NCBI RefSeq assembly: GCF_000025685.1
Contig: NC_013967.1
Location: forward strand, 1,740,001 to 1,772,000
Length of the DNA: 32,000 nt
Source: Haloferax volcanii DS2
GTDB taxonomy: Archaea; Halobacteriota; Halobacteria; Halobacteriales; Haloferacaceae
Reading direction: 5' to 3'
The translations under genes were made by a program, and so were the position numbers. The notes under the pieces are model-generated. The model was not told the origin of the DNA. It made no database searches and worked only from the letters and a program-made list of their open reading frames with translations. Position 1 is the stretch's first letter. Each line of letters opens with the position of its first letter. Positions 1 through 9,191 of this stretch are shown piece by piece.

Positions 1-17
1 CGGCGGTCAGCCCGCGT

Positions 18-884
18 TCAGTAGACGAGTTTTCCCTCGACGAACTGGCGGACTCGGTCGTCGTCCGGCGACTCGAACACCGCGTCGGTCGGCCCCGACT
101 CGATGCACGTCCCGCCGAGGATGACGGCCGTCCGGTCGGACACCCGCCGGGCCTGTTGCATGTCGTGGGTCGCGAGTGCGACGGCGATGCCGCGGTCCCG
201 CGCCGCCCGCATCGCTGACTCGATGGCGGCGGTGTTCCGCGGGTCGAGATTCGACGTCGGCTCGTCCAGCAGCAACACGTCGGGGTCGGGCGCGAGCGCC
301 CGCGCGATGGCGACGCGCTGGGCCTCGCCCGCCGACAGCGAGCCGGCGTCGCGGCCGACTTTGTCGAACATTCCGACGGTCCGAAGCGCGTCTCTGACCG
401 TCTCGGACGGCTCGTCGCGGCCGAACAGTCCCTCGACCGCGTCGCGGACGCGAGCCGACCACGACCGACGGACTCGAAGCCCGTAGGAGACGTTCTCCTC
501 GACCGTCGTCGAAAAGAGGCTCCGCGTCTGGAACGCCATCCCGACCCGGCGTCTGACCGCCAGCCGGCGGGCCTCGGGGAGGTCCCACACGTCGTCGCCG
601 CCGACCTCGACCGTCCCCTCGTCGGGACGCTCGAACATGGCGAGCAGTCGGAAGAGCGTCGTCTTCCCCGTGCCCGAGGGGCCGACGACGGCGAGAATCT
701 CGCCCGGTTCGACGGCGAGCGAGATATCCTCCAGCACCGCGCCGTCGCCGAAGCCGTGGCCGAGGCTGCGGGCCGCGAGTCGGGTCTTGCTCCGCCGCGC
801 GCCGTTCGCCGCCGGGTCGGGCGCGGCGGTCTCGTCGGGCTTCTCGGAACCCGAATCGCCGGCATCCGGTCGCTCGGTCGTCAT
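18..884 (-). CDS. tupC: ABC transporter ATP-binding protein, TupC-like (tungstate/molybdate-type importer)
   Basis: 288-aa ORF with Walker [13 protein letters not shown] signature [15 protein letters not shown] and Walker [13 protein letters not shown]. Its start overlaps the permease stop by 4 nt (881-884). Acidic N-terminal extension. Confidence 0.85.
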   Translation of the reverse strand: MTTERPDAGDSGSEKPDETAAPDPAANGARRSKTRLAARSLGHGFGDGAVLEDISLAVEPGEILAVVGPSGTGKTTLFRLLAMFERPDEGTVEVGGDDVWDLPEARRLAVRRRVGMAFQTRSLFSTTVEENVSYGLRVRRSWSARVRDAVEGLFGRDEPSETVRDALRTVGMFDKVGRDAGSLSAGEAQRVAIARALAPDPDVLLLDEPTSNLDPRNTAAIESAMRAARDRGIAVALATHDMQQARRVSDRTAVILGGTCIESGPTDAVFESPDDDRVRQFVEGKLVY

Positions 885-1579
885 CGTCCCCTCCCGTTCC
901 GTCCCGGGGTCCGGTCGCGAAAGCGCGCGCCGAGGGCGTTCACGCCGAGGACGAGCGCGAGCAGGATGGCTCCGAGGGCGATGCCCGTCTCGATGTTCCC
1001 CTTCCGCGCCTCGACGGTGATGGCCGTCGTGAGCGTCCGGGTGAACGACGTACTGTCCGAGAAGACGATGTTTCCGCCGACGATGAGGACCGAGCCGACC
1101 TCGCTAATGGCGCGGCCGTAGGCGGCCAGAAGCGCCGTGACGATGCCGTAGCGCGCCTCGCGGACGACCAACAGGGCGATGTCGGTCGAGGTGCCGCCGG
1201 CGGCGAACGCGGCGTCTCTGAGGTCCTGCGGAACCGACTGGACCGCCGACAGCGAGACGCTCACGAGGACGGGGAGCGCGAGGATGGTCTGCGAGAGAAT
1301 CATCGCCTCGGGAGTGAACAGCAGTTCGAACGTCCCGAGCGGCCCGGACCGGGACAGCACCAAGAGGACGACGAGCCCCACGACGACGCTCGGAAAGCCC
1401 ATCCCCGTCGAGATGACGGAGGTGACGACCGACTTCCCGTAGAAGTCGCGGAACCCGACCGCCAGCGAGATTGGTAGGCCGAGCGCGGCGCTCAGCGCGA
1501 CCGCCGCGGTACTCACGTACAGCGAGACGGCCGTGATGCTGACGAGGTAGGTGAGGTTCAGGTCGCCGAGGGCGAACAC
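881..1579 (-). CDS. tupB: ABC transporter permease, TupB-like
   Basis: 232-aa hydrophobic ORF with multiple TM segments. It lies between the binding-protein gene (24-nt gap) and the ATPase gene (4-nt overlap), an operon arrangement. Confidence 0.8.
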   Translation of the reverse strand: MFALGDLNLTYLVSITAVSLYVSTAAVALSAALGLPISLAVGFRDFYGKSVVTSVISTGMGFPSVVVGLVVLLVLSRSGPLGTFELLFTPEAMILSQTILALPVLVSVSLSAVQSVPQDLRDAAFAAGGTSTDIALLVVREARYGIVTALLAAYGRAISEVGSVLIVGGNIVFSDSTSFTRTLTTAITVEARKGNIETGIALGAILLALVLGVNALGARFRDRTPGRNGRGR

Positions 1580-1603
1580 GGGCGGTGGTGGGGTCCGGTC
1601 GGA

Positions 1604-2632
1604 CTAAAAGTCCTCGGGGACGTGCTGTGCCACCCACGACTCGAACTGCGCGTCGGAGACCGACGCCGACGACGAGGCGTTCTCCCCGCCGTCGTAGTTC
1701 ACGGGGACGTACTGGCCGAACTGCGGGTTCTCCGAGAGCGCGTTGGGGAAGAACAACTGCGACCCGTTGGCCGTGTAGTTGCTGATTATCTCCTGTCCCT
1801 CGGGGCTCGTGAGGAAGCCGGCGTAGGCCATCGCCAGCGAGTAGTTCACGTCGGGGTACTTCGCGGGGTTCACCGGGATGACGCCGTAGGGGTTCTTCAG
1901 GATGGTCGGGCCGCCCTTGAGCGGGCCCTGCACCTGAATTTCGAGGTCGATGTTGTCCTGCGTCGCGAGGAACGTCCCGCGGTCGGAGAGCGTGTACGCG
2001 CCCGACTGGTCGGCCTGCACGAGCGTGTCGCCCATGCCCTTGCCGATTTCTCGGTACCACGTCCCCGACGGCTCGACGCCGGCGGCCTCCCAGATGAGCA
2101 GTTCCTTCTTGTTCGTCCCGGAGTCGTCGCCGCGGGAGACGAACGTCGCCCCGGCGTCCGCGACGGTCGCAAAGGCGTCGGCCGCGCTCTCCATCCCCGA
2201 GATGCCCGCGGGGTCGTCCGCCGGCCCGACGACGACGAAGTCGTTGAACATCACGTCGCGGCGGTTGACGCCGTAGCCATCTTGCAGGAACTCGTCTTCC
2301 GCGCCGCGGGCGTGGACGAGAATCACGTCCGCGTCGCCGTTTCGCGCCGTCTCGATTGCCGCGCCGGTCCCCTGTGAGATGGTTTTCACCCGAGCGTTGA
2401 ACTTCTCCTCGAACACCGGGTTCAGGGCGTCGAGCAGCCCCGTGTCGTACGTGCTCGTCGTCGTCGCCAGCGTCAGCTCTTGGGTCGAACCGTCACCGCT
2501 TTCGCTCCCGCCAGAACCCTCGGCGGTCTCGTTGTTCGCCTGCGGGGGACTCGTGTTCCCCGTGCATCCGCTCAGTCCGAGAACCGCACCGACACCAGCA
2601 GCCTGTAAGAAACGCCGTCGCTCTATCGCCAT
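1604..2632 (-). CDS. tupA: Tungstate/molybdate-type substrate-binding lipoprotein, TupA-like, Tat-exported
   Basis: 342 aa. Twin-arginine signal [13 protein letters not shown] followed by lipobox LSGC. Mature part carries [28 protein letters not shown] and [17 protein letters not shown], matching my recollection of TupA-family anion-binding motifs. Confidence 0.8.
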   Translation of the reverse strand: MAIERRRFLQAAGVGAVLGLSGCTGNTSPPQANNETAEGSGGSESGDGSTQELTLATTTSTYDTGLLDALNPVFEEKFNARVKTISQGTGAAIETARNGDADVILVHARGAEDEFLQDGYGVNRRDVMFNDFVVVGPADDPAGISGMESAADAFATVADAGATFVSRGDDSGTNKKELLIWEAAGVEPSGTWYREIGKGMGDTLVQADQSGAYTLSDRGTFLATQDNIDLEIQVQGPLKGGPTILKNPYGVIPVNPAKYPDVNYSLAMAYAGFLTSPEGQEIISNYTANGSQLFFPNALSENPQFGQYVPVNYDGGENASSSASVSDAQFESWVAQHVPEDF

Positions 2633-2772
2633 GCATTGTGGTTCGCCGAACGCGAATTAACTGTTTCCCACGCAACGTAATCACAAATAATTTCAATACC
2701 GGTGCATCGTAACGATTCGACCCCGAATCCGGTTGCGTCGGATTCTTTTCGACTCGCCCCGTGGAGACGGCC

Positions 2773-2871
2773 ATGAGCTGGGAGTCGCTTTTCGCCCGCG
2801 CCGCCGCCTACGACACCACCGAAGCCGACATCAGCGAGGCGCTTCGCGCCCGCCGAGGCGACGATGTCTGA
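2773..2871 (+). CDS. 32-aa micro-ORF (MSWESLFARAAAYDTTEADISEALRARRGDDV), unknown function
   Basis: ATG at 2773, TGA at 2869-2871. G/C-rich third codon positions. Overlaps the ATG (2864) of the downstream gene by 8 nt. Below the 60-aa cut-off of the ORF track. Confidence 0.35.
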   Translation: MSWESLFARAAAYDTTEADISEALRARRGDDV

Positions 2872-3340
2872 GACGGAGCCCTCGCCCGCGCGGGTCGTCG
2901 CCGACGCCGACGTGCTCGCGGCCGACCTGCTCGTCGATGGCCCCGCGAGAGCGGCACTCGACCACCTGCGGCGACACTCGTGGACGACGCTCGTCGCCAG
3001 CGACCCGCTCCTCGACGACGCCGAGGCGGTCGTCTCGTCGCTCGCGGACGCCGACCTCGCGGCCGACTGGCGCGAGAAAACCGACTCGTGGGCCGAACTC
3101 GTCGCCCATCCGGACGGCGACAACCCCGCGCTGGCGTCGGCCTACCGCGGCGGCGCGATGCATCTCCTCACGTTCGACGACCGGCTTAGCTCGGCGCAGG
3201 CGGGCGCGGCGCTCGGCGGTCGCTTCCCGGTCAGCGTCCGCCATCCGAAGGCGTTCGCGTCGCTGTTCGCGCCGGAGAGTCTCTACGCCGAGGTCGAAGG
3301 CGGGCCGTACCCCGGGCCGGACCGCGACCCGCGGGCGTAG
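2864..3340 (+). CDS. Conserved hypothetical protein with a PIN-like acidic-residue pattern
   Basis: 158-aa acidic ORF. N-terminal RVVADADVLAADLL, central LLDDAEAVV and C-terminal HLLTFDDRL resemble the D...E...D...(T/S)xD layout of PIN nucleases. Confidence 0.6.
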   Translation: MSETEPSPARVVADADVLAADLLVDGPARAALDHLRRHSWTTLVASDPLLDDAEAVVSSLADADLAADWREKTDSWAELVAHPDGDNPALASAYRGGAMHLLTFDDRLSSAQAGAALGGRFPVSVRHPKAFASLFAPESLYAEVEGGPYPGPDRDPRA

Positions 3341-3399
3341 TCGCTCGCGCCGCCCCAATCGACCACCCGTGTCGGCTCTGTCGCTGACCGCCTGTCGGG

Positions 3400-3573
3400 T
3401 CAGTCGTTGAGGACGCGGGTCACCGCAAAGATGGCGAGGACGGTCACGAGACCGAAGCCGACGGCAACACCGAGGCCCTGCGAGGCGTCACCGAAGAACA
3501 CCGCGATGGCGGCGAAGACGGCGATTCCGTAGCCGCTGGCCGCGCCGGCGGCGACGACGTTCGCTCGGTTCAT
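3400..3573 (-). CDS. 57-aa small membrane protein (two predicted TM helices)
   Basis: MNRANVVAAGAASGYGIAVFAAIAVFFGDASQGLGVAVGFGLVTVLAIFAVTRVLND. G/C-rich third positions. Its ATG (3571-3573) overlaps the TGA (3570-3572) of the upstream small ORF. Below the track cut-off. Confidence 0.5.
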   Translation of the reverse strand: MNRANVVAAGAASGYGIAVFAAIAVFFGDASQGLGVAVGFGLVTVLAIFAVTRVLND

Positions 3574-3746
3574 GCGTCTCCGTACGCGCCGGCGATGCCT
3601 GAGCGTGACCCCCCGCGATTGTGGGTCGTGACGGGGTCGAAGTCGGGGCCGGGGCGAGGGTCGGCTCTCACTCGGGCGGTGCGCGCGCGGTCGGTCTCGC
3701 CGGGGTCGGTGACGAGTGGGAGGGAGTCGTCGCAGTCGGGAACCAT
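3570..3746 (-). CDS. 58-aa acidic small protein, unknown function
   Basis: MVPDCDDSLPLVTDPGETDRARTARVRADPRPGPDFDPVTTHNRGGSRSGIAGAYGDA. Very G/C-rich third positions. ATGA overlap with the downstream membrane micro-protein. A TATA-like TTTGATA lies about 30 nt upstream of the ATG. Confidence 0.45.
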   Translation of the reverse strand: MVPDCDDSLPLVTDPGETDRARTARVRADPRPGPDFDPVTTHNRGGSRSGIAGAYGDA

Positions 3747-3772
3747 CACGGCTAATGTGGCACCGCCGAACG

Positions 3773-3779
3773 TATCAAA
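3773..3779 (-). promoter_or_regulatory. TATA-box-like element (TTTGATA on minus strand) for the 3746 small-ORF pair
   Basis: Centre is about 30 nt upstream of the ATG at 3746, the spacing expected for a leaderless haloarchaeal transcript. Confidence 0.35.
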
Positions 3780-3806
3780 CTGTTCGCTCGCGAGCCGGGA
3801 CCGGCG

Positions 3807-4214
3807 TTAGTTCCCGCCGCCGGAGTCCTCGGCGCGCTCGACGGCACCCCCGAGCGATTCGAGCTTCGTCGCGGCCGCCGCCACGTCGCCCTCCCGGACG
3901 AGCACGTGGTCGGTCGAGTACGCCGACAGCGCGAACACCGAGATATCTTCCGCGGCGAGCGCGCTCGCGACCCGCGCCAGAAAGCCGACGAGTTCGAACG
4001 GAAGGACCATCTCGAAGGTGAGTCGCTTCCAGCCCCGCTCGATTTCGACGGCCGCCACCTCGTCGACGCGTCCCTCCTCGACGACGACCGTCGTCTCGGT
4101 TCCGTCTCGAATCGTCGCGAAGGCGTCCGGGTCACTCCGTTCGGTCTTGACGACCGCGTAGGTCGCCGCCGAGACGGTCACGGTCCCGCCCTCGAAGAAG
4201 TCGCTGGGATCCAT
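3807..4214 (-). CDS. ACT-domain-like small-molecule-binding protein
   Basis: 135-aa acidic ORF. The C-terminal half (LTFEMVLPFELVGFLARVASALAAEDISVFALSAYSTDHVLV) looks like an ACT beta-alpha-beta-beta-alpha-beta unit. Confidence 0.6.
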   Translation of the reverse strand: MDPSDFFEGGTVTVSAATYAVVKTERSDPDAFATIRDGTETTVVVEEGRVDEVAAVEIERGWKRLTFEMVLPFELVGFLARVASALAAEDISVFALSAYSTDHVLVREGDVAAAATKLESLGGAVERAEDSGGGN

Positions 4215-4374
4215 GCGTTTCGGGGTCGCTCCGGCGAGGTAAGCGTAGCGACTGGCGACGCGGTCGACGACTCCGGTTCAGCGTCTGGCCGACAATCAGC
4301 GGCTTTCGACGGACGCCTCACTACCGTTCGGCGTACTTCCGTCGGACGCTCCGCGCCCGACGACGTTCGCCTCG

Positions 4375-5007
4375 CTATCTCTCGGCGTACCACGTCGAGA
4401 ACTTCGCTAACGCCCGCCCGCGATGGGAGATGCCGTTTTTCTCCTCGGCGCTCATCTCCGCGAACGTCGCGCCATCGTGCTCGAAGATGGGGTCGTAGCC
4501 GAAGCCGCCCTCGCCGCGCGGCGGGACGATGCGGCCGTTGACGCTTCCGGTAAAGAGCTTCACCGGGAGCGCCTCCGTCTCTTCTGCGTCCTGTTCCGCG
4601 CCGCGTGCGGCCGCCACGGTCCGGTCGTCGCGGTCTATCGGGTTCGGACTCGCCTCGAACGGCTCGCCGTCGCAGTACGCGAGGACGCAGCGGAACGAGG
4701 CCCGGCGGGGCTCGTCGAGCTCGGCCGCGGCCAGTCGGTGAACCGCCTCGACGCCGAGGGTGTCTTCGACGTACGAGGAGTACGGGCCGGGAAAGCCCTC
4801 GAAGCCGTCGATGAAGAGACCGGCGTCGTCCACGAGCACCGGCTCGTCGGCGTAGCGGTAGGCCTCGCGCGCGCCGTGGGCCGCGATGGGGCCGAGGTCG
4901 GACGCCTGCACCTCGGTGTAGTCGAAGTCGAGTTGGGTCACGTCGTCGTCGAGGTACGAAAGCGCCTCGCGGACCTTCCCCGCGTTCGTGGTGACGTATC
5001 GGAGCAT
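4375..5007 (-). CDS. rdgB: Non-canonical purine NTP pyrophosphatase (RdgB/HAM1/ITPase family)
   Basis: 210 aa. N-terminal VTTNAGKVREA (TxNxGKxxE) plus FGYDPIFE and SHRGRA motifs typical of the Ham1 family. Confidence 0.85.
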   Translation of the reverse strand: MLRYVTTNAGKVREALSYLDDDVTQLDFDYTEVQASDLGPIAAHGAREAYRYADEPVLVDDAGLFIDGFEGFPGPYSSYVEDTLGVEAVHRLAAAELDEPRRASFRCVLAYCDGEPFEASPNPIDRDDRTVAAARGAEQDAEETEALPVKLFTGSVNGRIVPPRGEGGFGYDPIFEHDGATFAEMSAEEKNGISHRGRALAKFSTWYAER

Positions 5008-5061
5008 GTCCGGCCCTCCGCGGGCGGACGTGGAAAAGTCGTCGGTGTCGGTCGCGTCGCC

Positions 5062-5340
5062 TCAGTCGACGATGACTTCGACGGGGCCGTCGTCGGCCTC
5101 GGCCTCGTCTTCCGTCTCTTCCGCCTTCTGGCGCTCGTTCCAGAGGAGGCCGCCGGCGACGAGGAGGACGACCCACGACCGCCAGCTCGCGAGGTTCAGC
5201 GTGTAGCCGATGCCGAACGGCTTTTCGACCAGCATGCCCTTGCCGGGCTGCCAGTACGACGAGAGCAGTCGGCCGGCGCTCGGGCGCTCGAAGTTGTACG
5301 GGATGCCGAAAAGCGTTCCGCGCTGCGGTTTGTCTGCCAT
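5062..5340 (-). CDS. Small membrane-associated protein (DUF5808-like)
   Basis: Internal ATG at 5340 of a longer spurious ORF. 92 aa with GIPYNFERP...KPFGIGYTLNL, one TM helix (SWVVLLVAGGLLW) and an acidic tail. Confidence 0.6.
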   Translation of the reverse strand: MADKPQRGTLFGIPYNFERPSAGRLLSSYWQPGKGMLVEKPFGIGYTLNLASWRSWVVLLVAGGLLWNERQKAEETEDEAEADDGPVEVIVD

Positions 5341-5404
5341 GTGTGACGGATACGCCGGCTCGGGATAAATCGTTTTGGCCTTCCGATGGGGAGTCCGCGG
5401 CGAC

Positions 5405-7063
5405 CTACCGGTACCGGCCGCGCGACTCGACCTCGCGCAACCGGGCGATGACCTCGGCCGAACCGACGGCCTCGTAGCCCGCTTCGAGCGCGTCGATGAG
5501 CGGGTCGGCGTCGGCGGCGGTCCCCTGGACGCTCTGGGCGAACACGTGGAGGTCCATCGCGTGGTCCTCGACGTGGCCCGTGTGGAAGCCGAGGCCGAAG
5601 TCGATGAGATACACGCGCGGGTCGCCGTCCGGCCCCGTTCCGACACGGACGTTCCGCGTCGTCGGGTCGCCGTGGACGATACCGGCCTCGTGGAGTCGCG
5701 CGAGGTACTCGCCGACGACGCGGACGGCCTCGGGGTCGAGCCGTTCCGCGAGGTCGGCATCGCCGACCCGCTGGAACGCGATGACGCCGTCGACGGGGTC
5801 CACGTCGCGGACGACGGGCGTCCGAACGCCGGCGCGCCGGGCGTCGCTCGTCAGCCGTGCCTCCGTCTTCGTACGCTCGCGTCGGAGCCTGTCGTCCAGT
5901 TCCGGGTGGCGGTACGTCTTCGGGACGCGCCGCTTGACGACCTCCTCGGTACCGATGTCGACGGTCGCCTCGGCCCCGCGAATCGCGCCGTCGTCGGTGT
6001 AGGCGCGCGCGACCGACTCGTCCGCGCCGCGCCACGTCACGTCGACCTGGTCGGGCCGGAAGTTCGGGTCGACGGTCGATTCCTCGACCGCGAGCGTGTC
6101 GCCCGCGGCGAGCATCCGCGCGCCGAGGGCGGCTATCATGCCGGCGTTGTCGCGGAGGAACCGCGGTTCGGGCGCGTGGAACTTCGCGCCGCGCTGGTCG
6201 CACATCTCCGCGAGCATCTCGCGCAGGCGGGCGTTCTGGCCCACGCCGCCGCCGAGGACGAGTTCGTCCGTCCCCGTCAGCGACAGGGCGCGCTCGGCCA
6301 CCTCGGTGAGCATGGCGAAGACGGTCTCTTGGAGACCGGCGCAGATGTCGGGGACGGGCGTGCCCGCGTCCGCCTCGTCCTTCGCGGCGCTCATGATGCC
6401 GGAAAACGAGAAGTCCATCCCTTTGACGACGTACGGCAGTTCGACGTAGTCGCCGTCCTCCGCGGCCGCCTCGACCTTCGGGCCGCCGGGGTGGGTCCAG
6501 CCGACGTGGCGGGTGAACTTGTCGAGGGCGTTGCCGACGCCGGTGTCCATCGTCTCGCCGAGGACGCGGTAGCGGCCGTTGTGGTAGCCGAGCAGGTGGG
6601 CGTTCGCGCCCGAGGCGTTCAGACACACCGGCGAGTCGAAGCCGGACTGGTAGCGGCCGATTTCGAGGTGCGCGACCATGTGGTTGACGCCCAGCAACGG
6701 CACGTCGAGCGTCTGGGCGACCGAGCGGGCCGCGGTGCCGACGATGCGGAGACACGGTCCCAGACCGGGGCCGCGAGAGAAGGCGACGCCGTCGACGACG
6801 GGACCGTCGCCGTCGTGTCGCGCCGCGGCGTGTTCGAGCGCGGTTTCGACGACCTCGGGGATGGCGGTCCCCATGTGCTCTGCGGCCTCGCGCGGGTGGA
6901 TGCCGCCGCTGTCGGGCTGGTACGGGTCAGATTCGATGAAGACGTGGTCGACCGCGGGGTCGGGCGTCCGTCCGGTACCGGAGCGGAGCGCGTCGGGGTC
7001 GTCGGTTTCGAAAACCGCGGCGCTCGCGGCCCACGCTGTACCTTCGATTCCGAGAATGCGCAT
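5405..7063 (-). CDS. kae1: Bifunctional Kae1-Bud32 fusion (tRNA t6A synthesis, KEOPS core)
   Basis: 552 aa. N-terminal Kae1/OSGEP part (ILGIEGTAW, GVNHMVAHLEIG, GGGVGQNARL). C-terminal Bud32 kinase part (HGDPTTRNVRV, YLIDFGLG). This fusion is typical of Euryarchaeota, including haloarchaea. Confidence 0.92.
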   Translation of the reverse strand: MRILGIEGTAWAASAAVFETDDPDALRSGTGRTPDPAVDHVFIESDPYQPDSGGIHPREAAEHMGTAIPEVVETALEHAAARHDGDGPVVDGVAFSRGPGLGPCLRIVGTAARSVAQTLDVPLLGVNHMVAHLEIGRYQSGFDSPVCLNASGANAHLLGYHNGRYRVLGETMDTGVGNALDKFTRHVGWTHPGGPKVEAAAEDGDYVELPYVVKGMDFSFSGIMSAAKDEADAGTPVPDICAGLQETVFAMLTEVAERALSLTGTDELVLGGGVGQNARLREMLAEMCDQRGAKFHAPEPRFLRDNAGMIAALGARMLAAGDTLAVEESTVDPNFRPDQVDVTWRGADESVARAYTDDGAIRGAEATVDIGTEEVVKRRVPKTYRHPELDDRLRRERTKTEARLTSDARRAGVRTPVVRDVDPVDGVIAFQRVGDADLAERLDPEAVRVVGEYLARLHEAGIVHGDPTTRNVRVGTGPDGDPRVYLIDFGLGFHTGHVEDHAMDLHVFAQSVQGTAADADPLIDALEAGYEAVGSAEVIARLREVESRGRYR

Positions 7064-7096
7064 CGAGTGTGAAGAAACGGCGGTCGGAAGCCGAGA

Positions 7097-7402
7097 CTAC
7101 GCCTCTTCGGCTTCGACTTCGGCGTCGGTAATCTTGTTGCGCTCGAGCATGTGGTCCTGCTCGACGTCGCGCGCGAACTCGGGGCTCTCGTAGACCTTCG
7201 CGTAGCCCGCGGTCTTGCGCATGCCGAACTTCGTGTCGAGTTCGTGGACGACGACTTCGTCGGAGTCCTTGTTCAGTTTGGCCGCGAGCGAGTCGCGGAC
7301 CGACAGACGAGAGGGCGTCGCTTCCTCGTGGACGATCTCGAATCGAACGTCCGTCCGGTGCAACATGGGGTTCTCCTCCTCGGAGATGATTTCGATATCC
7401 AT
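7097..7402 (-). CDS. rps24e: 30S ribosomal protein S24e (eS24)
   Basis: 101 aa. NPMLHRTDVRFEIVHEEATPSR...FGMRKTAGYAKVYES matches the S24e family pattern. Confidence 0.9.
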   Translation of the reverse strand: MDIEIISEEENPMLHRTDVRFEIVHEEATPSRLSVRDSLAAKLNKDSDEVVVHELDTKFGMRKTAGYAKVYESPEFARDVEQDHMLERNKITDAEVEAEEA

Positions 7403-7470
7403 GGTTCAGTTACCCGTAATTCCCTCCGAAGCAAGTAAAAGGATTTCGAAGGGACGAGCGCGCCCGCGTC

Positions 7471-8010
7471 TCAGGCGTCGATGGGCGCGACGACGGCGTC
7501 GAAGTCGCCGTCGAACCGCGCGAGGAGGTCCCGCATCTCGCTTTTGGCCGCGTCGGTGACGGCGACGCGGACCATTCCCTCGTCAGGCTGGCCGTAGACG
7601 ACGGTCGAACCGACGGGCGCGGCGAGCACCGCCGGGAGCGTGGCGAGGTCCTCTTCGCCCTCGACGAGGAGCGTCGTCGGATCGGGGTCGTCGAGCGCGG
7701 CCACGAGCGCCTCGACGAGGGCGACGGAGACGGTTCCCGGTTCGTTTTCGACCTCGACGAGACGGCCGGTCTCGACCGCGCGGCGAATCTCCTCGCCGAC
7801 GGCCTCGCGCTTCGTCTTGCCGTCGACGACGGCCACGTCCGGCGGGCGACCGGCGCGGCGGAGGTGGAAGGTGACGACGTCGCCGACGGCGACGAGCGGC
7901 GCGTCCGCGTCCTCGCTGGATGCGTCTGCCAGCAGGTCGTCGGCCTCGGCGTACACCGGGCCGAACGGCTCTTTGAACGCCGCCCGAAGCGCCGTCGGCA
8001 GGGTGAGCAT
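7471..8010 (-). CDS. DUF359 family protein (GTP-dependent dephospho-CoA kinase)
   Basis: 179 aa with VAVGDVVT, DGKTKR and LVEGEEDLATLPAVL motifs. Sits in the conserved position beside spt4/rpoE'. Confidence 0.7.
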   Translation of the reverse strand: MLTLPTALRAAFKEPFGPVYAEADDLLADASSEDADAPLVAVGDVVTFHLRRAGRPPDVAVVDGKTKREAVGEEIRRAVETGRLVEVENEPGTVSVALVEALVAALDDPDPTTLLVEGEEDLATLPAVLAAPVGSTVVYGQPDEGMVRVAVTDAAKSEMRDLLARFDGDFDAVVAPIDA

Positions 8011-8023
8011 GCTCAGCGGACCC

Positions 8024-8221
8024 TCAGCGGACCTTCAGCGCGTAGCCGCCGGGTTCGGTGACGTTCATCTCGGTGGCGATTTCGCTGTCTTCGGGGTGGG
8101 TGATGACGACGTAGCCCGCCCAGTCCTCGGTGAGACTGCTCGACCCGCAGTTCTCGCAGGTCTGTTTGTCCGGGTCGTTGACGAAGTGGCACTCGCGGCA
8201 GGCGAGACGGGGCTTCGCCAT
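8024..8221 (-). CDS. spt4: Transcription elongation factor Spt4 (RpoE'')
   Basis: 65 aa. Zinc ribbon CRECHF...CENCG. ATGA overlap with the rpoE' stop at 8221. Confidence 0.85.
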   Translation of the reverse strand: MAKPRLACRECHFVNDPDKQTCENCGSSSLTEDWAGYVVITHPEDSEIATEMNVTEPGGYALKVR

Positions 8222-8793
8222 CAGTTACCCTCCGCCGAGGCCTCGCTCTGCTGGCGCTTCGATTCGAGCCAGCCGTGCTTGCCGAGCCCCGGCTGTTTGG
8301 CCGTGAGGCCGATCTTCGAGTCGCGCGGGTTGCGCTCGTCGATGCTCTTGGTGACGATGCGAGCGCGAACCTCGTCGTCGACGGCGAGCGTCTGGTTGGA
8401 TTCGGTCGACGCGAGCTGTTGGTTCTCGCCGTCGTAGGCGAGGTATTCGTCGGATATCTGCGAGACGTGCAGCAGCCCGTCGACCGGGCCGATGCCGACG
8501 AAGGCACCGAACTCGACGACTTCGACCACGATGCCGTCGACGACCTCCTGCATGTCGGGGTCGTAGGTGATGGCGTCGAAGTCGGCCTCGTAGTAGACGC
8601 CGGGGCGGTTGGGCAGCACGGTGCCCTCGCCGATGTCGTTGACGTTCACGACGCTCACGACGCTCCCCACGTCCTCATCCATCCGTCCTTCCAACTTGTC
8701 CTGCAACAGTCGCTTGACCCGCTCGGGCGTCACGTCGCCCAGGTGTCGGGGTGGGACTTCGACTGTATCTTTGAGTCGTACCCGTTTGTACAT
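8221..8793 (-). CDS. rpoE: DNA-directed RNA polymerase subunit E' (Rpo7) with S1 domain
   Basis: Internal ATG at 8793 (MYKRVRLKDTVEVPP...). S1-like segment VVEVVEFGAFVGIGPVDGLLHVSQISDEY. The upstream part of the ORF overlaps the PIN gene and is not protein-like. Confidence 0.85.
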   Translation of the reverse strand: MYKRVRLKDTVEVPPRHLGDVTPERVKRLLQDKLEGRMDEDVGSVVSVVNVNDIGEGTVLPNRPGVYYEADFDAITYDPDMQEVVDGIVVEVVEFGAFVGIGPVDGLLHVSQISDEYLAYDGENQQLASTESNQTLAVDDEVRARIVTKSIDERNPRDSKIGLTAKQPGLGKHGWLESKRQQSEASAEGN

Positions 8794-8800
8794 AGTTTCG

Positions 8801-9190
8801 TTAAGGTTCCGTGATTGCCAGCGTGGCGTGCCCCCGGATGCCGACGACGGGAATCCCGCAGTCGAGCACCCGGTCACGGAGGGGCTTGTCGTTCGTGACG
8901 ACGTAGTCGACCTCGCCCGATTCGGCGAGCTCGACGACCGCGTCGTCGGCGTACGATTCCTCGGTTTCGACCGCCCGGCACCGGGTCGCCAGGTCCGCGC
9001 CCACGCTCGCCGCGACGCCTTCGGTCCCGCCGCCCGACGAGAGCTTCTCCAGCTCGTCGAGGACGGCCGTGGGGACCACGAGGTCCGCGTCGGCCGCGAG
9101 CAGCCGGTCGAGTTCGTCGAACACGCGGACGTCGAGTTCGACCGGCATCATGAGCGCGTTCGTGTCCATGACGACTACGGTGGCGGTCAC
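8801..9190 (-). CDS. PIN-domain protein (Fcf1/Utp24-like, conserved neighbour of aIF2-gamma)
   Basis: 129 aa. VVVMDTNALM (N-terminal Asp), VLDELEKL and YVVTNDKPLRDR motifs. GTG start at 9190, 1 nt after the aIF2-gamma stop. Confidence 0.75.
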   Translation of the reverse strand: MTATVVVMDTNALMMPVELDVRVFDELDRLLAADADLVVPTAVLDELEKLSSGGGTEGVAASVGADLATRCRAVETEESYADDAVVELAESGEVDYVVTNDKPLRDRVLDCGIPVVGIRGHATLAITEP

Positions 9191-9191
9191 G

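Noticed and set aside
18-2632. Functional link between the TupABC-type oxyanion importer and the molybdoenzyme NasA cluster
   Set aside because: The two loci are about 14 kb apart and separated by unrelated core genes on the opposite strand. Nothing in the sequence supports co-regulation. Whether the transporter takes W or Mo cannot be decided from sequence alone.
5196-7072. Very long ORFs overlapping kae1-bud32 in other frames or on the other strand (519 aa on minus 5196-6755; 565 aa on plus 5375-7072)
   Set aside because: Their translations are Arg/Pro/Gly/Ala-rich with no motifs and basic character, typical of off-frame open reading in high-GC DNA. The Kae1-Bud32 frame explains the region.
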